Part shown: positions 40,572 to 52,579 of the stretch, piece after piece
Position numbering within the stretch: the stretch's first letter is position 1
Layout of the letters: each line of letters opens with the position of its first letter
Assembly (NCBI GenBank): GCA_963814585.1
Contig: CAWFDF010000016.1
Location: 1-64,000 of the forward strand
Direction: 5' to 3'
Source of the DNA: an uncultured delta proteobacterium
Lineage (GTDB): Bacteria; Myxococcota; Myxococcia; Myxococcales; Anaeromyxobacteraceae
DNA: 64,000 bases
The notes under the pieces: generated by a model
Databases searched by the model: none
What the model saw: only the letters and a program-made list of their open reading frames with translations
Told to the model about the DNA's origin: nothing
Made by a program: the position numbers and the translations under genes

Positions 40572-43438
40572 ATGACCGTCAGCCGCAGGAGCCTGCTGAA
40601 GAGCCTCGTCGCCCTGGGCGCCAGCGGGGCCGTCACCCGGGTGCTGGCCAAGGACGGGACACCGGCGGCCGCTCCCGCCGCCCCGGCGCCGGTCGGCACC
40701 GCCGCCACCGAGGCGGCCTGGCGCGCCGAGTTCGCCGCCACCTACGGCGACGGCGAGCAGCACGGCTTCGCCTACCACTGCGTCAACTGCCAGGGGAACT
40801 GCGCCTGGGAGGTGTGGACCGACCGGGACGGGAAGGTCACCCGCGAGAACCAGTCGGCCAGCTACCCGGCCGTGGCCGCCGACATCCCCGACGCCAACCC
40901 GCGCGGCTGCAACAAGGGCGTGCAGCAGTCGCAGCTGCTGTACCAGGCCGACCGGCTCCTCCACCCCATGCGCCGGGCCGGCGCCCGCGGCGAGGGGAAG
41001 TGGAAGCGCATCGGCTGGGACGAGGCCATCACCGAGGTGGCCACCCGGCTCTACGAGACCATGCTGGAGAAGGGGCCGGCCGGGAACTACGTGCACATGG
41101 GCTCGGGCATGCTCTCCGAGGCCCGGGCGGCCTCGGTGAAGCGGCTGGGCACCCTGCTCGGCGCGGTCCGCCCCTACATCGCCAGCTACGTCGGCGACAT
41201 GTTCCCCGGCGTCTCGGCGGTCTACGGCGAGGGGAACCTCGGCTGCACCTACGACTTCATCTACGGCAGCGACGTGGCGCTCTTCTGGGGCTGCAACCCC
41301 AACACCTCGCGCATCCCCGACGCCCACTACCTGTGGGAGGCGAAGTACCGCGGCGCCAGGGTCATCGTCATCACCCCGGAGTTCAACGCCACGGCGGTGC
41401 ACGCCGACCTGTGGGTGCCGGTGAAGGCCGGCGACGACGGCCACCTGGCGCTGGCCATCATCCACCGCCTGCTCACGCAGAAGCGCTACCCCGAGGCCTT
41501 CCTCAAGAAGTTCACCGACCTGCCGCTGCTGGTCCGCACCGACACCCGCGAGCTGGTGCGGCTGGCCGAGGTCGACCTCTCCGACCCGCGCTTCGACCGG
41601 TCCTCGGCGGCGCTCTTCGCCGCCGACGAGGAGAAGTGGCACGAGGTCTTCCTGGCCTGGGACGCGAGGCGCAGGCAAGGCCATCGCGCTGCCGGGCTGC
41701 GAGGGCTCCAGCATCGACACCCTGCGGCTGGAGGACATCGACTGGAAGCTCGACCCGGCCCTGACCGGGCGCCACCGGCTCAAGCTCAAGGGGCACGGCG
41801 AGGTGGAGGTGGTCCCCGCCTTCGCGCTCTTCGCCGAGGAGCTGGCCGCCTGGTCGGCGGAGAAGGTGCAGCCGGTCACCGGCGTCCACCCGTCGGTGGT
41901 GGACGCCCTGGCGCGGGAGCTGGCCGGATCGCGGACCGCGGTCATCACCCTCGGCTTCGCGGTGGGCAAGCACTTCAACGGCATGCTCTCGCAGCGGGCC
42001 ATCGCCTCGCTGGCCGCCTTCCTCGGCCGGCTCGGCCCCAGCGGCGGCCTCAACACCGAGAACGAGTGGAGCATCACCGGCCTGGAGGCGCTCTCCGGGT
42101 TCGCCGGCCGCTACACCCACCGCTTCGCCTCCGGCTTCGTCTCCGAGTTCATGATGGGCGACGGCCTCGACGACCCGTCCTTACGACGACGCCGACGTGA
42201 AGCGCGCCACCGGCCTGGAACGGGCCGCCTGGCGCGACCAGGTCACCCGCCTGGTGGCCGCCTCGGAGGGCGACGCCGGCGCCGGCAAGGGGAAGCCCTG
42301 GTGGAAGGGGAGCGAGACCTTCCTGCTCTTCGCCGACGCCCGCTTCCGGCGCAACAAGGGGGCCTACCGCGACGCCTTCCTGGAGAAGGCGAAGTTCATC
42401 GCCTACGGCGACTTCCGCATGAGCGAGTTCGCCACCTGGGCGGACGTCCTGCTCCCCTGCACCACCTCCTACGAGGCCTGGGACCTGCGCACCAACCCCG
42501 GCTACCACCGCTTCGCCAACCTCTGCGCGCCCCCGGCCAACCTGAAGAGGGTCGGCGAGGTGAAGTCGGAGTGGGAGATCTCCACCCTCATCGCCGAGAA
42601 GCTGCAGGCGCTGGCGCTGGCCCGCTTCAAGGCCACCGGCGACGAGCGGGCCATCAAGATCCCCGACCCCACCCACACCCAGGCCGGCTTCCACGCCCTG
42701 GACCGGCTGGTCGAGGAGTTCACGCTGGGCGGCAAGCTGCGCACCGACCGCGACGCGGTGGAGTTCGCGCTCGACCACGTGGACCAGTTCAAGCCCTCCA
42801 CCTCCAGGGCCATGGTGGAGCGGGGCGGCTTCCTGGTCCTCAACGACAAGGCCGGCAAGACCTCGCCGCTCTACCCGGACCGGCCCTACAGCTCCTTCGA
42901 GAACAACCTCCACCTGAGCCAGCGCTTCGAGACCCTCTCCGGGCGCCTCACCTTCTACGTGGACCACCCGGCCTGGATCGCGGCGCGCGCCGCGCTGCCC
43001 ACCGCCACCCTGCCCATCCACCCGAGGCGCTTCCCGCTGCTGCTGATGACGCCCCACTCCCGCTGGTCGATCCACTCGACCTACAAGGTCTCGCCCACCC
43101 TGCTCCGGCTGCAGCGCGGCGAGCCCTGCCTGACGCTCAACCCGGCCACGGCCCGCCAGAAGGGCATCGCCGACGGCGACCGGGTGCGGATGTGGAACGC
43201 GCTGGGCGAGGTGGTGCTGCAGGCCAAGCTGGCCGCCGGCGTCCCGCCCGGCGCCGTGGTGCTGGAGCACGGCTGGGAGCCGTTCATGTACCGCGGCAAG
43301 CAGGGGCACAACGCCATCGTGGGCGACGCCCTCAACCTGCTGGAGCTGAGCGACGGCTGGGGCCACCTGAAGTTCGGCACCAACTGGGACGGCAACCAGC
43401 ACGCCTACGACGCCACCGTCGACGTGGCGCGGGTCTGA
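40572..43438 (+). CDS. Periplasmic DMSO-reductase-family molybdoenzyme alpha subunit, type II (Nar/Pcr/Ser/Ebd-like); frameshifts near 41680 and 42180
   Basis: Tat motif SRRSLLK; FS0 motif HCVNCQGNC...NPRGCNKG; Mo-Asp motif YVGDMFPG; WGCNP, RIPDAH, ADLWVPV..G.D, TPHSRWSIHS. Confidence 0.88.
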
Positions 43439-43451
43439 GGGGGAGGCGACC

Positions 43452-44498
43452 ATGTCCGCGAGACAGCTGGCGATGGTGATGGACCTCAACAAGTGCATCG
43501 GCTGCCAGACCTGCACGGTCTCCTGCAAGACGCAGTGGACCAACCGGAGCGGCCGCGAGTACATGTACTGGAACAACGTCGAGACCCGCCCCGGCGCCGG
43601 CTACCCGGCCGGCTGGGAGCAGCAGGGGGGCGGGTTCGACGCCGCCGGGGCGCTGCGCGAGGGGACCGTGCCGTCGCGCAGCGGCGCCTACGGCACGCCC
43701 TGGGACTTCAACCTCGACGAGGCGGCGCTGGGCAAGGAGATCCGCCCGGACTCCGAGCCGCGCCAGGGGCCGAACTGGGACGAGGACGTGGGCGCCGGGG
43801 AGTTCCCCAACGCCTGGCACTTCTACCTGCCGCGCATCTGCAACCACTGCTCCAGCCCGGGCTGCCTGGCGGCCTGCCCGCGCGGCGCCATCTTCAAGCG
43901 CGACCAGGACGGCGTGGTGCTGGTGGACCAGGAGCGCTGCGAGGGGCTGCGCTACTGCGTCGCCGGCTGCCCCTACAAGAAGATCTACTTCAACCCCAAG
44001 GTCTCCAGGTCGGAGAAGTGCATCCTCTGCTTCCCGCGCGTGGAGAAGGGGCTGGCGCCGGCCTGCGCCCAGCAGTGCGTGGGGCGTCTGCGCTTCGTCG
44101 GCTACCTCGACGACCAGGCCGGCCAGGTCCACCAGCTGGTGCACCGCTGGCAGGTGGCCCTGCCACTTCACGCGGAGTACGGCACGCAGCCCAACGTCTA
44201 CTACGTGCCGCCGCTGCCGGGACCGCCCCGCTACGACGCCCAGGGGAAGGCCATCGCCGGGAGCGAGCGCATCCCGGCCGCCTACCTGGAGGGGCTCTTC
44301 GGCCCCGGGGTGAAGAAGGCCCTGGCCACGCTGGAGGCCGAGAGGAAGAAGAAGAAGGCCGGCCAGCCGTCGGAGCTGATGGACCTGCTCATCGCCTTCA
44401 AGCAGGAGGGGATGTTCCGGCTGGGCACGGCGACCGACCCGGGGCTGGTGAAGCTGGGGCGGCGCGGCATCCGCTCGGTCGAAGGCGGGGGGCACTGA
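43452..44498 (+). CDS. Type II DMSO-reductase-family Fe-S beta subunit (NarH/EbdB-like)
   Basis: DLNKCIGCQTCTVSCK, YWNNVET.PG, FYLPRICNHC..P.C..ACP, CPYKK, EKCILCFPR, LH.EYGT.PNVYY. Confidence 0.93.
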   Translation: MSARQLAMVMDLNKCIGCQTCTVSCKTQWTNRSGREYMYWNNVETRPGAGYPAGWEQQGGGFDAAGALREGTVPSRSGAYGTPWDFNLDEAALGKEIRPDSEPRQGPNWDEDVGAGEFPNAWHFYLPRICNHCSSPGCLAACPRGAIFKRDQDGVVLVDQERCEGLRYCVAGCPYKKIYFNPKVSRSEKCILCFPRVEKGLAPACAQQCVGRLRFVGYLDDQAGQVHQLVHRWQVALPLHAEYGTQPNVYYVPPLPGPPRYDAQGKAIAGSERIPAAYLEGLFGPGVKKALATLEAERKKKKAGQPSELMDLLIAFKQEGMFRLGTATDPGLVKLGRRGIRSVEGGGH

Positions 44499-44500
44499 CC

Positions 44501-45677
44501 ATGCGCGCCCTGCTCGCCGCCGCCCTGGCCTCGCTGGCCGTCCCCCTGGCACCGGCCGCCGCGCCGCCGCCGGCCGGGGAGATCATCGAGGTGAAGGACC
44601 TCCCCGGCCCGCTCCCCGTCGACCCGGCCTCCCCGGCCTGGGATGCGCTTCCCGCCACCCGCCTCCTGGCCGCGCCGCAGCGGACCATCCGGCTCCACGA
44701 CCAGAAGGCCAACGCCGCCCTGGCCACGGCCCGGCTCCGCGAGCTCACGGTGCGCGCCGCCACCGACGGCCAGGGACCTGGCGGTGGTCGTCGACTGGAA
44801 CGACGGCACCGAGGACCGCGGCGCGGCGGACGCCACCGATCGCTACGGCGACGGCGTGGCGCTGCAGTGGCCGCTCCACTTCGGGGCCGGGGTGCGCCTC
44901 CCCTACGTGGGCATGGGGGACGATCGGCAGCCGGTGGGCGTGGTGCTGCAGCGCGCGGCCGCCCAGGGCTCGGTGGTCCGCCAGGCCCGGGGCACCGGGT
45001 TCGGCGCGCTGGCCCGCGCCGACCTGGGCCCGGTCCAGGCGGCCATGCGCCACGACGGGCAGCGGCTCGGCTGGCGCGCCGTCTTCGTCCGGCCGCTGGC
45101 GGCCGGCGGCCTGGACCTGCGGCGCGGCCTGGTCCCGCTGGCCCTGGCCGTCTGGGACGGCGGGCGCGACGAGCGCGGCGGCAACAAGGCGCTGACGGGC
45201 TGGAAGTTCCTGCGCCTGGCCCGCTACCCGCTCGACGAGGCCTACGCCGCCGAGCAGGCCTGGGGGCGCGAGGCCGGCCCGCGCGACCTGAAGCGCGGGC
45301 AGGCCCTCTTCGAGGAGACCTGCACCGCCTGCCACCAGGCCGGCTCGCAGCGCGCCGCCGCCGCCGGGCTGGCCCCCGACCTCTCGGAGCTCGGCGTCAT
45401 CTCCACCCCCGGCTACCTGCGCGACTCGCTGCGGGCGCCCAGCGAGGTGATCGTGCCGAACCCCAACCCGCGCCAGCACCAGGACCGGACCGCCAGGCTC
45501 CCCCCCGGCGCCCCGTGGCCGGCCGACGACGCCTACGTCTGGTACGTGCTCGAGGCGGACGGCCGCAGGACCTCGTCGATGCCCGACTCCGCGGCGTTGC
45601 CGCCCCAGGATCTCGCCGACCTGGTCGCCTACCTCATGACCCTGGGGGCGGAGCCGCCCGCCGGGAGGACCCCATGA
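44501..45677 (+). CDS. EbdC-like heme b gamma subunit fused to a cytochrome c domain; frameshift near 44770
   Basis: Signal peptide; W.D.T, D.VALQW, PYVGMG, GFG, W..VF.RPL, AVWDG...ERG.NK; then CTACH...SMP. Confidence 0.82.
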
Positions 45678-46081
45678 AGCCGATCCTCGCTGCCGCGCTG
45701 CTCTCGCTGATCACGCCGTCCGGCCCGGCCCGCGCCGAAGGTCCCGGCGAGGAGGTGGAGGTCACCGCCGGCGTGGTGACCGGCCTGGACTGCGCCCTGC
45801 AGGCCCGCGCCAAGGGCGAGCTCAAGCTGCTCACCTCCTGCCCGCCCGCCCAGGCCGCCAAGGGGCTGGTGGTCTTCGACGTGGCCGAGAAGCGCATCTA
45901 CCGGATCGCCGACAAGACGGTCCGGCGCTACCAGCTGGAGAGCGCCTTCGGCGGCGGCAGCATCGACTTCACCGGCAAGGCGGTGAAGCTGGACACGGCG
46001 AAGGACATCACCACCGTCGAGGTGGCGGAGTTCTCGATCGCCAGGCGGCCCAAGCCCGGCGCCTTCAAGGGGTGCCTGTGA
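45674..46081 (+). CDS. Secreted hypothetical protein ending in FKGCL
   Basis: Signal peptide, ATGA coupling to the upstream gene, three Cys. Confidence 0.7.
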   Translation: MKPILAAALLSLITPSGPARAEGPGEEVEVTAGVVTGLDCALQARAKGELKLLTSCPPAQAAKGLVVFDVAEKRIYRIADKTVRRYQLESAFGGGSIDFTGKAVKLDTAKDITTVEVAEFSIARRPKPGAFKGCL

Positions 46082-46100
46082 CGGCGCCGCGAGGGGCGCC

Positions 46101-46973
46101 GTGAGCGAGGGGGCCGCCCTGGTCCAGCTGGGCGGGCGCCAGGAGGTCCCCTTCGGCCACACCGCGGCGCCGCACGACCGCGCCCCCTGGGCCCGCCACG
46201 TGGTCCTCTTCACCAGCGGCAAGGGCGGCGTGGGCAAGTCGACGGTGGCGGTCAACGTGGCCAACGCCCTGGCGCAGCGTGGCCTGCGGGTCGGGCTCCT
46301 CGACGCCGACGTCCACGGCCCCAGCGTGCCGCGCATGCTGCAGCTCGAGGGCGAGCGGGTGCGGTGGAACGACGCCGGCCGGATGGTCCCCGCCGAGAAC
46401 TTCGGCCTCCGCGTCATGAGCGTGGGGCTGACCACGCCGGACGCCGACACGCCGCTGGCCTGGCGCTCCGCGGTGGCCATCACGGCGCTGCTCCAGCTGC
46501 TCGACGACGTGGCCTGGGGCGAGCTGGACGTGCTGGCCATCGACCTGCCGCCCGGCACCGGCGACGTGCCGCTCACCCTGGCGCAGGAGCTCCGCGTGGG
46601 CGCCGCCGTGGTGGTGACCACGCCGCAGCTGGTGGCCACCGACGACGTGCGGCGCGCCCTGCGGCTCCTGCTCGAGGTGGGCGTGCCGGTGGCCGGCGTG
46701 GTGGAGAACATGAGCGGCTTCGTCGCTCCCGACACCGGCGTCCGCCACCACCCGTTCGGCGAGGGCGGTGGCCGGGCGCTGGCCGGCGACTTCGAGGTCC
46801 CCTTCCTCGGCGAGATCCCGCTCGACCCGGCCATCTGCGCCGCGGCCGACGCCGGGACGCCCATCGCCGCGGTGGGCGGAGAGGCGCACCGGGCCCTCTT
46901 CGCCGGCCTGGCCGAGCGGCTCTGGACGTGGCTGGAGTCGCGGGCGGCTGGCGAGGCGAGCACGGGCCGATAG
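46101..46973 (+). CDS. mrp: Mrp/ApbC/NBP35 Fe-S cluster carrier ATPase
   Basis: SGKGGVGKST, DADVHGPS, WG.LD.L.IDLPPGTGD, VTTPQ, GVVENMS; lacks the usual CPxC. Confidence 0.9.
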   Translation: MSEGAALVQLGGRQEVPFGHTAAPHDRAPWARHVVLFTSGKGGVGKSTVAVNVANALAQRGLRVGLLDADVHGPSVPRMLQLEGERVRWNDAGRMVPAENFGLRVMSVGLTTPDADTPLAWRSAVAITALLQLLDDVAWGELDVLAIDLPPGTGDVPLTLAQELRVGAAVVVTTPQLVATDDVRRALRLLLEVGVPVAGVVENMSGFVAPDTGVRHHPFGEGGGRALAGDFEVPFLGEIPLDPAICAAADAGTPIAAVGGEAHRALFAGLAERLWTWLESRAAGEASTGR

Positions 46974-47026
46974 GCCGCCAGCACGGAACGAAGATTCATC
47001 CTTCAGCGGGACCCCTGCCAGGTCGC

Positions 47027-47056
47027 TTGACCTGAAACCAAAACTTATTCTATGAA
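47027..47056 (+). promoter_or_regulatory. Putative sigma70 promoter of the sco-cox operon
   Basis: TTGACC-N18-TATGAA in an AT-rich island. Confidence 0.4.
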
Positions 47057-47065
47057 GTCCGACTC

Positions 47066-47079
47066 TTGACCGCGATCAA
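47066..47079. promoter_or_regulatory. FNR/CRP-family box
   Basis: TTGAC-CGCG-ATCAA versus the consensus TTGAT-N4-ATCAA. Confidence 0.6.
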
Positions 47080-47127
47080 TCAAGCTCCTGGAACTACCCG
47101 TTTTCGCGATCCTTCGTCCAGGCCGGG

Positions 47128-47959
47128 ATGGCGCTCCCTGGTCACGATCGGGTCGCTGGCCGCCGCAGCGCTGGCGGCCCCTCCTGCCCTGGCCCAGACC
47201 ACCGACCAGCTCAAGCGAGAGGTGGCCAGCATCGGCGTCGAGGAGCGGCTCGGCGCCGCCGTGCCCCGCGCGGCCACCTTCACCGACTCGGAGGGGCGCC
47301 CGGTCACGCTGGCGGAGCTCGGCGGCCGGCCGCTCCTCCTCTCCTTCAACTACACCAGCTGCCCGCGGCTCTGCGGCCTGCAGCTCTCCGGCCTGTCGCG
47401 GGCGCTGCGCGATCTCGGCTGGAGCGGCGACCGCTTCGGCGTGCTGACGGTGAGCATCGACCCCGACGAGCAGCGTCCCCAGCTGGCCCGCTACAAGCAG
47501 GCGCACGTGCGCGAGGCCGGCGGCAGCGACGGCGCCGACCGGGCCTGGCGCTTCGTCACCGGGCCGAAGGCCGACGTGGACGCGCTGGCCGAGGCGGTGG
47601 GCTTCAAGTACCGCTACGACCCGAGGACCAAGGAGTACGCCCACCAGGCCACCCTGGTGGTCCTCACCGGCGACGGGCGGGTCAGCGGCTACCTGCACGG
47701 CATCAGCTACCCGGCCCCGGCGCTCACCGCGGCCCTGGCGCGGGCCTCGTCGAACAGCGTCGCCACCACCGAGGAGCAGCGCAGCGTCGGCGGCTTCCTC
47801 CTCACCTGCATGGGCTTCGACCCGGCCGACCCGGCCCCGCTGGCGCTCAAGGCCATGCGCACCGGCGGCACCGCCGCCCTGGTCTTCCTCGTCTCCTTCC
47901 TCGGCTACCACGCGCTCCGCGGCGCCAGGCGCCGCCGCCTCCAGGAAAAGGCACCATGA
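47128..47959 (+). CDS. sco: SCO family copper chaperone (start probably ATG 47128 with a 1-nt error)
   Basis: [31 protein letters not shown]. Confidence 0.88.
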
Positions 47960-48929
47960 CCCTCGCCCCCGGGCTGCTCCAGGCCCTCCTCCTCGCCGGC
48001 CCCGGCTACCTGCCGGAGCGCGCCTCCAGCGTGGCCGAGGGGGTGGACCACGTCTTCGGCTTCATCTTCTGGGTGAGCGCCGTCTCGCTGGTGCTCATCG
48101 TGGCGGTCACGGTGGTCTTCGTGCTGCGCTACCGGGCCAGCGCCTCGCGCCAGGCGCCGGAGGCCTCGCCCGACCACTCCACCCGCCTGGAGCTGACCTG
48201 GTCCGGCATCCCGCTGGTCCTGGTGCTGGTGATGTTCGGCCTCTCCACCAAGGTCTACCTGGAGATGACCTCCAACCCGCCCGGCCAGGCGCCGGCCCAG
48301 GTCAAGGTGACGGCCAAGAAGTGGTCGTGGTGGTTCGACCACCCGGACGGCATGGGGGCCAAGGACCTGCACCTGGTGGTGGATCGCCCGGTCGAGCTGG
48401 TGCTGGCCTCGATCGACGTCGTCCATTCCCTGTACGTGCCGCAGTTCCGCCTCAAGCAGGACGCGGTCCCGGGCCGCTACACCCGGATGAACTTCACCCC
48501 CACCAAGGCCGGCACCTTCCCCATCCTCTGCACCGAGTACTGCGGGACCAACCACTCGCAGATGCTGGCCGAGGTGGTGGTCCACGAGGACCAGGCCTCC
48601 TACGACGCCTGGGCCGCCGAGGGGCGCTCCCCCACCCTCTCGCTGGTCGACCAGGGGCACAAGGTCTTCGACGAGCGGGGCTGCACCGCCTGCCACAGCG
48701 AGGACGGCTCGGAGGGGCTCGGGCCGACCGTCAAGGGGCTGTGGGGCAAGACCGAGAAGCTGGTGGGCGGCGGCACCGCCGTCGTCGACGAGAACTACGT
48801 GCGCGAGTCGATCGTGGCGCCCGGCAAGAAGATCGTGGCCGGCTACGACGACCTGATGCCGCCCACCCCGCTCGAGGAGCGGGACCTGCTGGCGCTCATC
48901 GCCTACCTGCAGAGCCTGAAGGAGAAGCC

Positions 48930-48933
<4 letters not shown>
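47956..48933 (+). CDS. coxB: Cytochrome c oxidase subunit II with fused cytochrome c (caa3)
   Basis: [27 protein letters not shown]uA motif, C-terminal CTACH. Confidence 0.95.
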
Positions 48934-50596
<1,663 letters not shown>

Positions 50597-50600
<4 letters not shown>

Positions 50601-51301
50601 GCGGCCCGGCGTCACCTCGGCCGGTGGCGGGCACCGCCTCGCCCTTCCTCGCCAGCCACTTCCGGAGCATGGGGGAGCAGCTCGACGCCAGCAAGCTGGG
50701 GCTGTGGCTCTTCCTGGCCAGCGAGCTGCTCTTCTTCGGCGGGCTCTTCGTGGCCTACGCCGTCTACCGGGCCAACCACCCCGAGCTGTTCCACTACGCC
50801 CACCACTTCCTCGACTGGCGCCTGGGCGGCCTCAACACGCTGGTGCTGATCGGCAGCAGCCTGACCGCCGCCTGGGCGGTGCGCAGCGCGCAGCTGGGCC
50901 GGCAGCGCGAGCTGCGGCTCCTGCTGGTCGCCACCCTGCTGCTGGCCAGCGTCTTCCTGGTGGTGAAGTACTTCGAGTACACCCACAAGCTGCACCACGG
51001 CGTCTTCTGGGGCGCCGCCTACCACCCCAGCGAGGAGATCCTGGCCTCGCTGCCGGCGGCGCTGCGGGCGGCGCCGGTCCCGGCGCACCTCGGCACCTTC
51101 TTCAGCATCTACTTCCTCATGACCGGCCTGCACGGCATCCACGTGCTGGTCGGCATGGGGCTGTACCTGTGGCTGATCCGGCGGGCCGGGCGCGGCGACT
51201 TCTCGCCCGGCTACTACGTCCCGGTCGACGCGGTGGCCCTCTACTGGCACCTGGTCGACATGATCTGGATCTTCCTCTTCCCGCTCTTCTACCTGATCTG
51301 A
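50597..51301 (+). CDS. coxC: Cytochrome c oxidase subunit III
   Basis: [38 protein letters not shown]. Confidence 0.95.
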
Positions 51302-51312
51302 CGAGGCCGGCC

Positions 51313-51691
51313 ATGAACGACCACGCCGCTCCCCACGCCGCGCCGGCCGCCGAGGCCGCCCCGCACGCGCTCCCCGCCTCGGTGCTGCTCGGCACCGCCG
51401 GGGCCCTGCTGGCGCTCACGGCGCTCACGGTGGCCTCCTCGCGCCTCGACCTGGGCCCCTTCAACATCGTCCTGGCGCTGGCCATCGCCGGCCTGAAGGC
51501 CTCGCTGGTGGCCATGTTCTTCATGCACCTCAGGTACGAGCACCGCTTCCAGGCGGTGATCTTCGTCTCGGCGCTCTTCTTCGTGGCCCTCTTCGTCGGC
51601 TTCGTGGTGTTCGACACCATGCAGTACCAGCCGGACCTGAGGGCCGCGGTGGAGGCGGCGGCGGCCGCTCCCAGCCCGTCATCCCAGGTAG
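51313..51691 (+). CDS. coxD: Cytochrome c oxidase subunit IV (3' end uncertain)
   Basis: LLALT.LTV, LAIA..KASLV..FFMHL.YE; in-frame stop missing, TAG at 51689 is one base off frame. Confidence 0.85.
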
Positions 51692-51768
51692 CCCGTCCCT
51701 CCCAGGTTGCCCGTCCCGGCGCCACCACCTCATCGGGCGCGGGGGGGGGGTCCTGCTTCCTCGCGGAA

Positions 51769-52353
51769 CTAGAGCGAGAACTTCACGCCGACGTTCCAGT
51801 AGAACGAGCGGGTGGCCCCGACGTCGACGGTGCTGACCTTGCTCAGGTCGGTGAGCGACCACTCGTACTTCAGGTCGGTGAAGAGGAAGAGGAAGTCGAG
51901 GCCGGCGCCCACGAAGGCGCCGTAGGTCGGGCTCTCGAAGTCCGACTTGGTGAGGCCGGTGACGTTGACCGCCGTCACCACGAAGGCCGAGGCGCCGCCG
52001 AAGGCTCGCAGGGCGAAGTCCGCCTTCGGATCGCCGATGAGGTGGAACCCGACCATGGCGGGGATCTGCAGGCCGGTGATGCTGGTGAAGTCGATGCTGC
52101 CGCTCGGGGTGGTGGAGGTGATGTCCGCGCTCTTCTGGGAGTAGAAGACCCCGCCCTCGAAGTAGAGCGACTCGCCGAGCAGCACCGTGCCGCCCAACTG
52201 CCAGCCCGCCTTGCCGCTGGCGGTCCCGCCCTGCGGATCGGAGGCCACGTCGGTGAAGGTGAGGCCCAGCGCGGGCTTGAGCTCGAGCGCGCCGGCCAGG
52301 CCGGGAAGGAGGAGGGCGGCGAGGAGGAGGGCGGTGGGCGCGAGACGGTTCAT
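51769..52353 (-). CDS. Small outer-membrane beta-barrel protein
   Basis: Signal peptide MNRLAPTALLLA...; LQIP.MVG, GAFVGAGLD, DLKYEW.L, C-terminal VGVKFSL. Confidence 0.8.
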   Translation of the reverse strand: MNRLAPTALLLAALLLPGLAGALELKPALGLTFTDVASDPQGGTASGKAGWQLGGTVLLGESLYFEGGVFYSQKSADITSTTPSGSIDFTSITGLQIPAMVGFHLIGDPKADFALRAFGGASAFVVTAVNVTGLTKSDFESPTYGAFVGAGLDFLFLFTDLKYEWSLTDLSKVSTVDVGATRSFYWNVGVKFSL

Positions 52354-52579
52354 GGCGGGGCCTTTCCGGGGGAGGGCGCAACGTTCGGGCCGCGGTGGCG
52401 CTGCGGCGGGGCGTCGAGGGCTCCCCTCACGGTAACGACGGCGGCGTGGCCGCGCAAGTTCGCGTCCGGACGGGCGCCGGGCGTCGGAGCGGTACCTGGC
52501 CGCGAATCCGCCTCGACTTCGTTGACCAGCCGCGGCGGTCCTCCCTAGGATGCCGCTCAGTCCAATCGCGCTGGAGGGG

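Noticed and set aside
40572..44498. Respiratory nitrate reductase narGH
   Set aside because: The alpha subunit is shorter (about 950 aa) and Tat-exported, has GDMFPG rather than the NarG-type CDLPP, and there is no narJ/narI or nitrate transporter
47066..47127. TTG start for sco at 47066
   Set aside because: It coincides with the FNR-like box and has no RBS; ATG 47128 with one extra G gives a normal signal peptide MRSLVTIG
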